Assembly: GCF_006345805.1 (NCBI RefSeq)
Contig: NC_042997.1
Span: 53,134,001-53,198,000, forward strand
DNA: 64,000 bases
Reading direction: 5' to 3'
Source: Octopus sinensis
Taxonomy: Eukaryota
Notes under the pieces: model-generated
Databases searched by the model: none
Told to the model about the DNA's origin: nothing
Seen by the model: only the letters and a program-made list of their open reading frames with translations
Shown here: piece by piece, positions 52,740 to 64,000 of the stretch
Layout: each line of letters opens with the position of its first letter
How positions within the stretch are numbered: position 1 is the first letter of the stretch
Program-made: the position numbers and the translations under genes

Positions 52740-55513
52740 CTGATAAAATGAAAAGTAATATAACGTTATAAACACAGAATCCCCTGCCAACCAGTACTGT
52801 GTGCCTCTCTGCCAGGTTTGTGTGTGCACACTAGGAAAGCCTAACAAAAGAGTTAGTGGAAGTGTCAAAACACACCATGCTTAATATGTATATATTATAT
52901 AATCAAACAGCTATTAGTCAAGTTGTCTACAGACTACTTAGAGTATTTCTATAACTTCAGAAATCTACTGATGCTATATCTATAAGGTTAACCCTTTTGT
53001 TACCATATTTCCCTGCCTCATGTGTTTTAATTATATTAATCACAAATTTAGGCTTACTTTGTGAAGCATATACAAGTGTCTTGAACACAAAAGATTCTTC
53101 CCTAAGCCAATTATGGAATTTGTCTTAAAATTACTGATTACAAATACGGTTAAATTTCAAATACAGCTATTTAAATTTTATTTAAATATCAATAAGGTAT
53201 TAGCCAATATAGCTTACTAAATGCTCTGCATTTATTGCAAATATGCCATGTGTTTGTTGAATTTGTCCCATTTCCTATGCTTACATTTTACATCATAATC
53301 AGTCATTGCGATTATATGGAACACTTAAATTGAATACACAGTCAACAGGTTTCCAGCCATGAGGATAACTGACTGGCTTCAGTTTCTAAAAACTTTGGAA
53401 GCTAAATGTTTACATTTTCTTTCTAGAAATTATTGCTTGACATTATTTACACATTCAGGAATTGAAACATTTGGTTTAATGACTAATTTTTAAATATTTA
53501 CTGCATTTGAAAATCATTTCAAATTCAGAGGTATTATTACTAAATCTGAGGTTTATATAGTAAGGGGGTGGGGGCAGAGCATAAAAATAAAAGGAAAAGT
53601 ATTAACATACTCTAACAAGTTACTTATGCTGAAAATGTTGGAGTGTGTACAGCATGTTTGTTTAGTGAAATCCTACTGTGAATATAGCAATATTTGTTGA
53701 TATTTTAACATGAAAAAAATGGGTGGTATTGGGTGGGTTGGTAACAAAAGGGTTACATACAAGAGCAGGAACAAAATTCCTTCAGTGGTATTAACACTTA
53801 AATGCTGTAGACAATTATAAACAAGAGGAACAACAATTTTGCCCTTCAATTTTGAAAGGTGAAGAGCACACACACAAAGGCAAAAGCAGCAACACAATAA
53901 CTGGAAGATTAAAAATTCATACTATTGTCACAGAATTCATGCAAATTACATCATCATGCAAATAATTTGTAAAGTTGAGCATGCTATGGTATTGTCAAGC
54001 AAACAATCTAGTCAAAGAAAGCATGGTAACAATTATCTTTGAATTGGGGAAAACAATGACAATCTGGATCTTAATGTAGAGAAAGTACTTTTATCATTTA
54101 TTAGCATCTACACTTATGTTTTGCAAAATATGGATAAAATTTTTAAAAGATGAGAGAAAGGAAACATACATGTAAAAGAAATTGATAACTGAGTTTTACT
54201 GCAGAATATACAGATTGGAGCCGTACATAATATGGAAAGTAACTTTAATCAAATTAATTTCAGAAATATCTAAGTTGAACTGTCTTTGTATTTGGTAGAC
54301 AATCAATTCAGTACTGCTTATTTTTTAAAAATAAACTGCTAAAATTTAAGATACGATCTATATGTTTGAGTGACAATGTAAAAACTAATTTGGTCAATCA
54401 CTAAAATCCACGCAAATTTATGATATAACCACAAAACTTTTGTGTAAAAAATTATCAATTAGGAATTATCGTCATTGTTTAACGTCCACTTTCCATGCTA
54501 GCATGGGTTTGACGGTTCGACTGAGGGCTGGCAAGCCAGAAGGCTGCACCAGGCTCCAATCTAATTTGGCAAAGTTTCTACAACTGGATGCCCTTCCTAA
54601 TGCCAACCACTCTGAGAGTGTAGTGGGTGCTTTTTACATGTCACCAGCACGAGGGCATTGACCATGCTTGAATGGGGCTTTTTACGTGCCACCGGAACAA
54701 GGGAATGTAATTGATAAAATCCAATGTTCGAGAGATCAGGAGAAAACTGAATTATATAGTTTCTGTTCTCTCTCTATTGCAACATAACATGTATTTTTGA
54801 ACTACTTAATTGTATTAGGTTCTTTCAGCTAAAAAGTGCCTGTTCCTCATAACTACACAAATTTACAATGTCAATATTTGCCCCATATATATTGGGATGC
54901 AAGGTCAATTTTCATAAATACAGTAAACATTGCTCAACATTCAAAAAGATGGAGCTGGAACTGATCAGTAAGGGTATTTCTATATTGAAATGAGTTAAAA
55001 ATTTCATTTATTCCAGTCACCGTTGCAATAAAAGTAAACCTTTATATCATAATTGTGTGCATGCATACATATATAACTGGACAAAAGCATGGCTAAGTGG
55101 TTAATAAGCTCATTTAGCAACCATGAGGTTCATGAGAGAGCCTACTGTGCAGTGTCTTGAACTTCACTATAGCTTTGGGATGTCCCAAGCCTTGCAAGTG
55201 AAATTAGATAGATGAAAAGCCTGTTGGAGAGGCTGTGCCTGCATTTCAAAAAATCAGTCTCATACTGACTTTTTTACTTGAGAATTGTGAAGGGTACATG
55301 CTTGTGGAATACCCAACCACTTCCCATGCTAATTCAATAATTGTTCAGTTGATTGTTCCATCAGTTGCAATACAATACACAGTTGTTCAATTATATATAA
55401 TCATCACTGTTAACCATAAAAATACAAAGGGAATCCAGACAAATTAAATGACCTGGAAAAAATAACTGGCAATCAATTTTGTCATGAAAAATATATTTAC
55501 GGAGTTTACTTAC

Positions 55514-55606
55514 TTTTTCTTCCTTTTCATCTGTTTCACTTGCATCAGCATCAACCTTTTCTTCCTGTTCTACTTGCTCCTCTTGTTCTTCAGGTTCTTC
55601 CTCAAC
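55514..55606 (-). CDS. HSP90B1: Endoplasmin/GRP94 acidic-tail exon VEEEPEEQEEQVEQEEKVDADASETDEKEEK
   Basis: VEEEPEE matches the start of the GRP94 acidic tail. Acceptor tttTAG, donor AAA|GTAAGT. 93 nt, phase 0-0. Confidence 0.92.
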
Positions 55607-55881
55607 CTAAAACATTTCAGTTAAAATTCTTATTTCCTAATGCCAAGTAATTAAACTAAGGTGTTATAAGAGTATGATAGAAATGGGGATTTAAGTGGAT
55701 GCATGTCATTTGTGAATATCCATTTGGAGGGGAAGGGAAGATTTAGTGGGCCAAGGAGGAGGTAATAAAGAACAATAATAGAGAGAATGTGAAGCGTAAT
55801 GGGTAAAATAGTTATTTACAGCATTAGAAATAGTGCTGTAGCTCGACGAGTGATGGGGGAAATGGATGTTAGAAAGTAAGT

Positions 55882-55918
<37 letters not shown>

Positions 55919-56989
55919 GTTTTAACATTCACTTTTCTGTGGTTGCATGGGTCAGATGGAATTTGTTGATGCATATTTTCTATGGCAGGATGACATTCCA
56001 TCATCAACCGTCACCTGTTTAATATTTATTCTTGGTTGGGCATAATGGTGACTTGTTTACAACAGTTGTGATGTGGAGACAAGACAACATCTACATATAT
56101 GTACGTACACATGCACAACAGGGTTCTTTCAGTTTCTATCTCACAAAGAGGAAGAACTAACCCAAAGTGTCAAGCAGAGGGACTGAACCATGTGGTTGAG
56201 AAGTGAACAACCACACAGCCATACACACAAATCCCCTAACATCTGTTTTCCATGCTGGCAAGGGTTGGATGAGGATACAATGGATCACAGACTGAATCAT
56301 ACTCCAGTGCCTGCTTCGGCATGGTTTCTATGACTGGATGCCTTTCTAAACAAAACTTTCAGTGTATGCTAGGTGCTTTCTTTTTTTTTATTTTTTTGTG
56401 TCAGTGACACTATTGAGGTTACCATGTAGTTTGCAAGTCAACAAACCCAGAGAGTGAGGATATTGATCTCTATGCTAGATACACATGTAATATCTCAATT
56501 GAAAGTATTATTGAACATGTAATGTATATGAAACATCCACTTTTCTCTGTTTGCATGGATCAAGCAGATTTTGTATGGCTGGATACTATTCCTGTTGTCA
56601 ACCTTCACTCATTTCTAAATAAGGTAATATTTCACTATAGCTAGACATGTTTTCAGGGAAGATCAGAAACAAAGGATACCACTTGCTTATAACTATCACA
56701 TGATGTCAAGGCAAGGAGACAACAAAAACACACATGCATAAATAGGTATATATGAAGAAGTGTGGAAAAGTTCCTAGCTTTAAGTGTATCCCAAAAAGCC
56801 TGGTTGGAAGCCTAACCTTCCAAGTTCTTTTACAGAGCTTAGAAAAAAATGAAGGACTGCTGTAATAAATGTGTAAACCTGAGAGGGGAATATGTTGAAT
56901 AAAATAACTGATCCTCCTGTATTTTGTTTTATGCAGAACCAGGAACTCAGAGTACCAACAAATTTGAATTAAACTGTTTTCATCCATAT

Positions 56990-57885
56990 ATATCATCATT
57001 TAACATCCATTTTCAATGCTGGCAAGGGTTGGACTGCTTGACAGGAGCTGGCCAGCTGAAGAGCTACCCAGGTTCTATGTCTGTTTTGGCATGGTTTCTG
57101 TGGCTGGATGCCCTTCCTAACGCCAACAACTTTACAGAGTGTACTAAGTGCTTTTACGCAGCACTGGCATGGGTACATTTACAGTAAGGGTGCTTTTTAC
57201 ATGACACCAACACCCATGAGCCAACAAGGTTAGGAATGGTCAGCTGGAGAGGAATGCAGGGGACTGTCTGTAGGTGAGGACAATCACACTTACATCTAAT
57301 CTGAAGTATCTTTTCAAGCATAGTAACCCACCAGGAGTCTTGGTCCTGTTATTCCCTCAAAACTTCATTCCAGGTCTTCCTGAGTATCCCTTCCACATGT
57401 TCCCTCTACAATTTGAGACTGGCATCTCAATGCAACTGTCTTCATTCATATGCATTACATAGCCATACCAGTATAGTCTTCTCTTACACATTACATCTGA
57501 TGCCTTGTATACCTAGTTTTTCTGTCAAGTCACTATTGTATATACAGACATTACTCATCTATCAGAGCAAACTGGCTTCATTTCTTTCAAGCCTTTGCAT
57601 ATCCCAGTAGTTACAGCCCATGTCTCATTGCTACGTAGCATAGCTGTTTATACATAGGCATCATACAATCTGCCTTTCACTCTGAGGGAAAGGCCCTTTG
57701 TTACTAACAGAGGTAGTAGCTGTGAAATTTGCCCAGCCTATTCTTATTCTAGCAGTTATGCTTTCAGAACAACCTCCCCACTACTAATTTGGTCACCTAC
57801 ATAAACTGTTTACTTCTAATGATCCCCTGACACCTTTACATATTGAGCAGGGCCATCTCCCTTTTGGTTTTCCTACTTAATACTT
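56990..57885 (-). mobile_element. Decayed 5'-truncated RTE LINE in GRP94 intron
   Basis: Same 3'UTR and tail as other RTE copies. LGDQISSG.GCSESI.ARI motif near 57760. Confidence 0.75.
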
Positions 57886-59511
57886 TAGTCTACATACACA
57901 TCTATGAGTGTGCATATGTCATATCTGTTTACATTTCTTAGATTGTTGATGTCAAGGCAAGGAGACAACAAAAACACACATGCATAAATAGTATATATGA
58001 AGAAGTGTGGAAAAGTTCCTAGCTTTAAGTGTATCCCAAAAAGCCTGGTTGGAAGCCTAACCTTCCAAGTTCTTTTACAGAGCTTAGAAAAAATGAAGGA
58101 CTGCTGTAATAAATGTGTAAACCTGAGGGGGGAATATGTTGAATAAAATAACTGATCCATGGAAAAAAGGTTACTATCAGGAAGGGCAAGCATAGAAAAA
58201 CAGACTAGTTGGGAACTAAACAGACGTTTATATATATACAAGTATGAAAAGTATTGGTGTCAGGAAGACCCAAAAGGTATTGGGTAAACACTAAGTAAGA
58301 GCTCTGGATAGACCATGGTTAAGCTCCAGGCTCGATAATGATACGAGTGAAGAGTCCAACGTGGTCATGTATTAGCATGCAGATATATAAATTGACAGAA
58401 TGAGATAAAAACCGAAGGTAATAAATAGATTACATAATATTTATCAAGAAAAAAGTCTACAGCTGTTTCTGCAATATTTTATATATCCCTTTAGAGACGG
58501 TGCAAGAAAGTGTTTGAGTATTAATTGTTGTAGAGAAGATATGAAATACAGAGAGAAGTAAGAGAATGAATATAGAAGTGAGATACACAAGGATATTGTA
58601 TTTGCAGTTCCATTATTCAAGTAAAATGGTGTATATAAGTGATGAAAAAATTTTCTTATACTTGGTGTGTGAGTTCCAATGGTGGTTATATTTGGTCGTT
58701 CTAAGCACAGAGCCTTGTAAACAGTATTGGTTGATCGAGGGTTTTTTTGGGGGTGAATTAAAATATGTTGGTAGTGTTAATGGATAGATAGAGGGAGAAG
58801 AGATGTGTATGATTAGAAAGAGGAGATAGGTCAAATCAAAAACAAGAAGAGAGAATGGGAGAGAAAAGAGAAGCAAAAGGACCTCTTCCTTTTGCTTCTT
58901 CTATTTACTGTCTTGGTTTTTTTTTTTTTTTTTAAATCTCATTCTAAGAATTTATATATACATATGATTATAGAGGTGCAAACAGTAATATTTTGAAAAG
59001 AGTTTAATATTCAATTTTATATGTGTGTCTTAAATTGATAAATATAACATACATAAAAATTTGCAATTTTGACATTAAACAACGATGATTTGTTTTGATT
59101 AAAATATCAGGTACCGCAGAGCTAAACTTCTCACTATAACTCACCTGCATTTAGCACCCCTTACTATCTCTCATCCCATCTGTTTTGCCAGCATAATCAG
59201 AATGTGAAACGCATTGCATTTTATTACAGATTTTTATATATAGATATCAAATACATACATACAAATGCGTGTTTGCTTACATTTGCATGTGATGAAAGAC
59301 TAGCTATGTACGAGTTGTGGTAGTGTTAGGTATGTAAACAAATTGTCCGCTAACTTCACATCTTCAAAGATGTGTGAAATACAGGTAAGAATTAACAGGA
59401 AGGGTATGTCTGTAAAACAGGGTTTCAATATATTTTTCTAACCTATGCTAACATGGAAAAACAAATGGAACAAGAGAGCGATTCATAAACATGTGAGTTA
59501 AATGAACTTAC

Positions 59512-59667
59512 CATATCTTCACCGTCAATATTCAAACTCAATCGAAGCATTCTCTCTACTCTACCAGCAAAACCAGCAGTATCAGGAACTAAATAACCTG
59601 ATCTCATAGTTGCTGTTTCAAAAAGTATGACAGCTAGATCTTTGGCTGTTGGATCATCTTTATTACT
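59512..59667 (-). CDS. HSP90B1: Endoplasmin/GRP94 exon SNKDDPTAKDLAVILFETATMRSGYLVPDTAGFAGRVERMLRLSLNIDGEDM
   Basis: GRP94 DLAV.LFETAT.RSGY...RML RLSLNID motif. Acceptor tttCAG, donor ATG|GTAAGT. 156 nt, phase 0-0. Confidence 0.96.
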
Positions 59668-60457
59668 CTGAAAATAAAGAGAAGTGAATGCATTGAATGT
59701 GGTTAAATAAAGGAAGTTTAGGAGAAGGGACAACTGTTGAAATGACTGGGTCTTAATGTGATTTGCATGGTAATTGCAACTGATGTGAACTGTAGTGTTG
59801 TACAATCTATACAAAGAGCGTGTATGACAAAATAGTAAATGTACAGCAAAAAGAGCTAGAATGAAGAAATTGAGCCCTAAAAACATGGATCCAAATAGTG
59901 AATGCAGCAGCAACATTGTAGGACTGATTTTGTATCCATAATTTTGTGTTTTATGCAATATATAGGTTGGATGAAAATATTTGAATTCAAATCTTATTGA
60001 AGAATAGCCATAAGTGTTAGGATGACTCACTAAAAGTTGCTATAACAGCCTCTACTTGTTTCATAACTCACTTCAGCTTACACCACTTGTTAATATCAAG
60101 CTGAGATGAATAGAACAGGCTAAATAAAATATTGTGTTAACCTTCATTCATACTTTTATCACCAACTTGCATGGGGGTAGGCCATTTAACAAAATTTGCA
60201 TCAATTTTTATTGGCATTACAGCTATTTTAGATGGGTCAGAAGATCATGTCTCATTCGAGACATCTATTGCAGCATGGTTTCTACAGCTGGTTTCCTTAA
60301 CTCAAACCACTTTACAGAGTATACTGGGTGATTTAAATTTTTATTGTTGTACCACCAGCACTAGAATGACTCTCAAACCCTTGGTGAGACTAAAGGAGTC
60401 TGCAAAATAAAATTTAACATCTTGCACACATTTTAACTTTAATACAAATAAACTTAC

Positions 60458-60536
60458 CTCAACTTTTTCTTTCAACATTTTGATAAGCTTGTGTCTGGGA
60501 TTTATTTCAAGTGTTCTTTTCTGGTTAGCAAAATAG
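60458..60536 (-). CDS. HSP90B1: Endoplasmin/GRP94 exon (D)YFANQKRTLEINPRHKLIKMLKEKVE
   Basis: HSP90 C-domain LEINPRH motif. Acceptor ttttttttcCAG, donor GAG|GTAAGT. 79 nt, phase 2-0, in frame with both neighbours. Confidence 0.95.
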
Positions 60537-60997
60537 CTGGAAAAAAAATTCTCATATTGAAATAAATGTTAATTAGATATTTAAAATAGCTACACTTATT
60601 GTTGCCTCAAGTAATTATAACAGGCTAGTAGCAGTATAATGCATAAGTATACTTGTTAAATCAAAGCTGACTAGTCTGGATACGTTCCAGGTTGTAATCG
60701 TTTCAAAAACACTAAATGTCTAAAGGAAAACACTAACGTAAGTTCTCATTTCTCACTCAAATTATTAAATTTATATTCATTATGTTTGATACCTCTATTT
60801 ACAAAACCTCAAATAGATGGCTCCCACACTTGCATGAAATATCTGATTGATCATGAGATATATATTAGTGTCAAAGAACTAAAGATATTTAAGGTTTAGA
60901 TTGTATTTAATACAACTGAAAACTGAGACAAAGGACACTAAAAATATTTGCAAAGTAATTTATAAAAGTGCCAATTTAAAATCCTTTTGCAACTTAC

Positions 60998-61134
60998 TCC
61001 TGTGATGAATCTTTAGCTTTGGCATAGGCTTGGGCTCTCATAATTCTTTCCATGTTGCCAGACCAACCATATTGACTAGCAATCAAGGCACACGGGGAGG
61101 AAGACAATCTTTCAGAAACTGTAGCTTTTTCAAT
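60998..61134 (-). CDS. HSP90B1: Endoplasmin/GRP94 exon [45 protein letters not shown]
   Basis: Manual translation shows the GRP94 [23 protein letters not shown] motif. Acceptor tgtCAG, donor GA|GTAAGT. 137 nt, phase 0-2. Confidence 0.96.
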
Positions 61135-61235
61135 CTGACAAAGAAAAATAGAAGTCAAAATACCTTAAAAAGAAAGCTCTTATATATAAGCTAAATTATT
61201 TTGAAAATATTTCAAAAAGATTTTCAACATTATAG

Positions 61236-61640
61236 GTGCAGGCGTGGCTGTGTGGTAAGAAGCTTGCTTCCCAACTGCATAAAGGCAGTGAGCTGGCAGA
61301 AATGTTAGCATGCCAGGTGAAATGCTTAGCTGTATTTCATTTGCCATTACGTTCTGAGTTCAAATTCAACCAAGGTCGACTTTGCCTTTCATCCTTTTGG
61401 GGTCGATTAAATAAGTACCGGTTATGCACTGGGGTCAATGCAATCAACTTAATCTCTTTGTATGTCCTTGTTTGTCCCCTGTATGTTTAGCGCCATGTGG
61501 GCAATAAAGGAATAAGAACTGCATGGTTCCAGGTTCAGTCCCACTGGATGGCACCTTGAGCAAATATCTACTATAGCCTCAGGCTGACCAAAGCCTTATG
61601 AGTGGATTTGGTCAATGGAAATTAAATGAAACCCATTGTG
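61236..61640 (+). mobile_element. Family-B SINE interrupted by a family-A SINE (61281-61516)
   Basis: TSD aactgcat at 61273-61280 and 61517-61524 splits the B-SINE head. Confidence 0.85.
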
Positions 61641-62064
61641 TATATAGTAATAATAATCCATGGATGGAATTTATAAATATTTATCCTACATTATATCAGC
61701 ACAGCTTGGTGAGACCCTAAAAAACTGGTACTGCCATTTGGTATCATTAGGCTGAAGCCGGTATAATAAAATAGTTTTTGTGTTTCCCATAAATGAACTT
61801 AAAGGAAATATATACATATATGCATAATGAGAGTGTGTGTATGTATTTGTTCCTCTACCACTGCTTGACAACCACTGTTGTGTCCCTGTAACTTATTGGT
61901 TGAGCAAAAATAGTCCAATAGAATAAACATAAGGCTTTAAAAAAGCAAAATAAGTACTGGTGTTGAGTGCCCCAGCATGGCTGCATTCTGATGACTGAAT
62001 CCATTGAACCATTCCCTATATTTCCCTATGAGAAGAAAGTCCAAAACTTTAGATAAAAATTTAC

Positions 62065-62310
62065 CTGATTGCTCAATGCATCATCTTTCAACCATTTCAG
62101 TAGGGGTTCATATTCTTTTTCTAAACTTTCTTTCTTTTCCTTAGCATTTTCAGAATCAGAAAGAGATAAACCTTCTTTGGCAACGTTTTGGAATTTTTTG
62201 CCTTCAAATTCTGGTAAAGCTTGAATGCAGTATTCATCAACAGGCTCTATTAGATAGAGTACTTCATAACCTTTCTTAAGTAGTCGCTCCACAAAAGGTG
62301 AATTTTTCAC
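62065..62310 (-). CDS. HSP90B1: Endoplasmin/GRP94 exon [47 protein letters not shown]...LSNQ
   Basis: Hallmark GRP94 sequence. Acceptor tttgtttCAG, donor CAG|GTAAAT. 246 nt, phase 0-0. Confidence 0.97.
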
Positions 62311-63447
62311 CTGAAACAAAAATAGGTTGTTCAATTTTCATATCAAAACTTTAGGTATTTTTCATCCTGTATTCACGTTTGTAGATAACTATGACAGAAT
62401 ATTTGATTCAAACAATAAAAGAACCAGCAGACTTTTCTAGATTGCATCAATGATTTCACACAAACGACAGAGTTAAATGAATCTGGCCTTTACATATTTT
62501 AAACAATTTAAATATTGTTCATCAGAAAGAAAGAAAAAAAAAGCTAAGCTCTAATATGTATATTTCTAACTAAAAGATTAAATGAGATTTAGCAGAAATT
62601 TAATGATTTATCAGAGTTTTTCAGCAAGACAATGGTATGTGCAAATACATTAAGTTAAGAAATACCTTTGTGGAATTCTATGTACAAATCAAAGTTAGAG
62701 TATTTATACAAAGAGTTTCTATACAAAACTAATATGTAGTTTGCTTGCTTTCATAGCAAAACAGATTATAACAGGATATGCTGCTGTCAAGTGAATGCAA
62801 TATGACTAGTTTGCCACAACATTGCCTAGTTGAGTGAAAAGCCTCAACAGAATCACTTGCTAGAAACAGCAGAAGAAATTTTATATCCCTTTTATTGCAG
62901 GTGTAGTTGATCAGGAATAACCTAAAATTAGGCAACAATGTTGTGTGCACTACTTATATTAGACAAAAATATAGAACATTGAATTAACACCTAAGTATAC
63001 CAAGAGTGAGGGGTGAGATTAAGTCCTCTGCAAATGAAATTATTTTCCATGCCAGCAAGGAAGGCAGGTATAGAAATACAATAAGAAAAGTCTTTTGTTT
63101 CATTGAGAACTCAACCCTTTTGTTACCACACTATTTCTAATGAAATGCACTGCTTGCATTTTAATTTTGAAAAGAATTTGGAGAAATTTAATAAAATAGT
63201 CTTTTCATTAAGCTGATGTCTAAAACAAATTGAAAGATAGATGGTTGCAATATAAATATGAACACTTCAAATTGACAATTTTCTTTTTTATTGTGGTCAG
63301 TTTCAAGGATATTGGCGTCTAAACAGTTAATTCTTATAATCCCAAAGAAATTGATCATATCAAAAATCTTTGTCCATTATCTCCCACCATTTATATATCA
63401 AATCTTCATGCATACATTTAAATAATAATAATAAAGGTTTTCCTTAC

Positions 63448-63619
63448 CTCCTTCTGTGATGTTCCAGCCACAAAATAAATAGCTGTTTGTTTTTCTTTCA
63501 TTCTTTCCACATATTCAGCTAAACTTGTTTGTTCAGTTTCAGAATTGGAAGAATAAAATCGTAGAAGTTTAGCAAGTCTAGTCCTGTTAGATGGATCTTC
63601 AATCACTCCAAGCTTGATG
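63448..63619 (-). CDS. HSP90B1: Endoplasmin/GRP94 internal exon (middle domain), (N)[21 protein letters not shown]...AGTSQKE
   Basis: The peptide matches the GRP94 motif [21 protein letters not shown]...YVERMKEKQ. Acceptor ccttttTAG at 63621-63620 and donor GAG|GTAAGG at 63447. 172 nt = 1 nt + 57 codons. Upstream exons lie beyond the window. Confidence 0.96.
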
Positions 63620-64000
63620 CTAAAAAGGTTTATGGTAAATTTTGTATAACAAAATATAAAACATTTCATAAACTATGTATAAATATGTAACCAAAACTAT
63701 TAAAAGTAATTCTACTATAATCCTCAACAGCAATCAAATTATATGATAACACCAACAACATCTTTTGCTATTTTCATTGAGTGTTCCTGCTTCTCTCAAT
63801 CATGAGGAAGATTGGCAGAAAAAAAAACAAAAACAAAAAAAACAGGTCAATTGTAAATTGATCAAGTTTTACTGCCATGGCCTTTTCTAGGAGCAATATC
63901 AGTATCAACATGATTAACTAAGAGAAAGTAGTTCTGCTTGGAAAAAGAGAGAGGAAAGTAGTCAGTCATTCCACCAGAGGTTTTGAAAAGTACATAGATG

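Noticed and set aside
59668-60030. N-terminal extension of ORF 59443..60030 (hydrophobic, TM-like)
   Set aside because: It lies upstream of the GRP94 acceptor at 59668. This is a chance open intronic frame.

Overview
AT-rich, microsatellite- and SINE-dense animal genomic DNA. The repeat families suggest an octopus or other cephalopod (inference). Two protein-coding units lie on the minus strand. (1) The last seven coding exons of endoplasmin/GRP94 (HSP90B1) span 63619 to 52713, with canonical GT-AG junctions that join in frame and a C-terminus of ...VSHHSDEL*. (2) About 29 kb downstream, in the same orientation, is one giant exon of about 9.26 kb (23702 to about 14443). After correcting a single 1-bp frameshift at about 18888 it encodes about 3,085 aa, nearly all a 38-aa (114-bp) unit of three cysteine-free thrombospondin type-3-like D-x-D-G-D-G-I-P-D-x-x-D/E Ca2+-binding motifs (roughly 230 motifs, estimated from length). 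This exon has a strong phase-0 acceptor, and I recognised no start or signal-peptide exon for it. Its phase matches the donor of the penultimate GRP94 exon, so it could be an alternative terminal exon giving a giant Ca2+-buffering GRP94 isoform, or it could belong to a separate gene. The rest is intronic or intergenic: tRNA-derived SINEs, RTE, R4/Dong, CR1-like and CRE-like LINE fragments, Tc1/mariner, hAT and pogo-like elements, a Helitron, a Helentron-type element, several long fold-backs with hammerhead-ribozyme cores (Penelope-like), and a 30-bp minisatellite.
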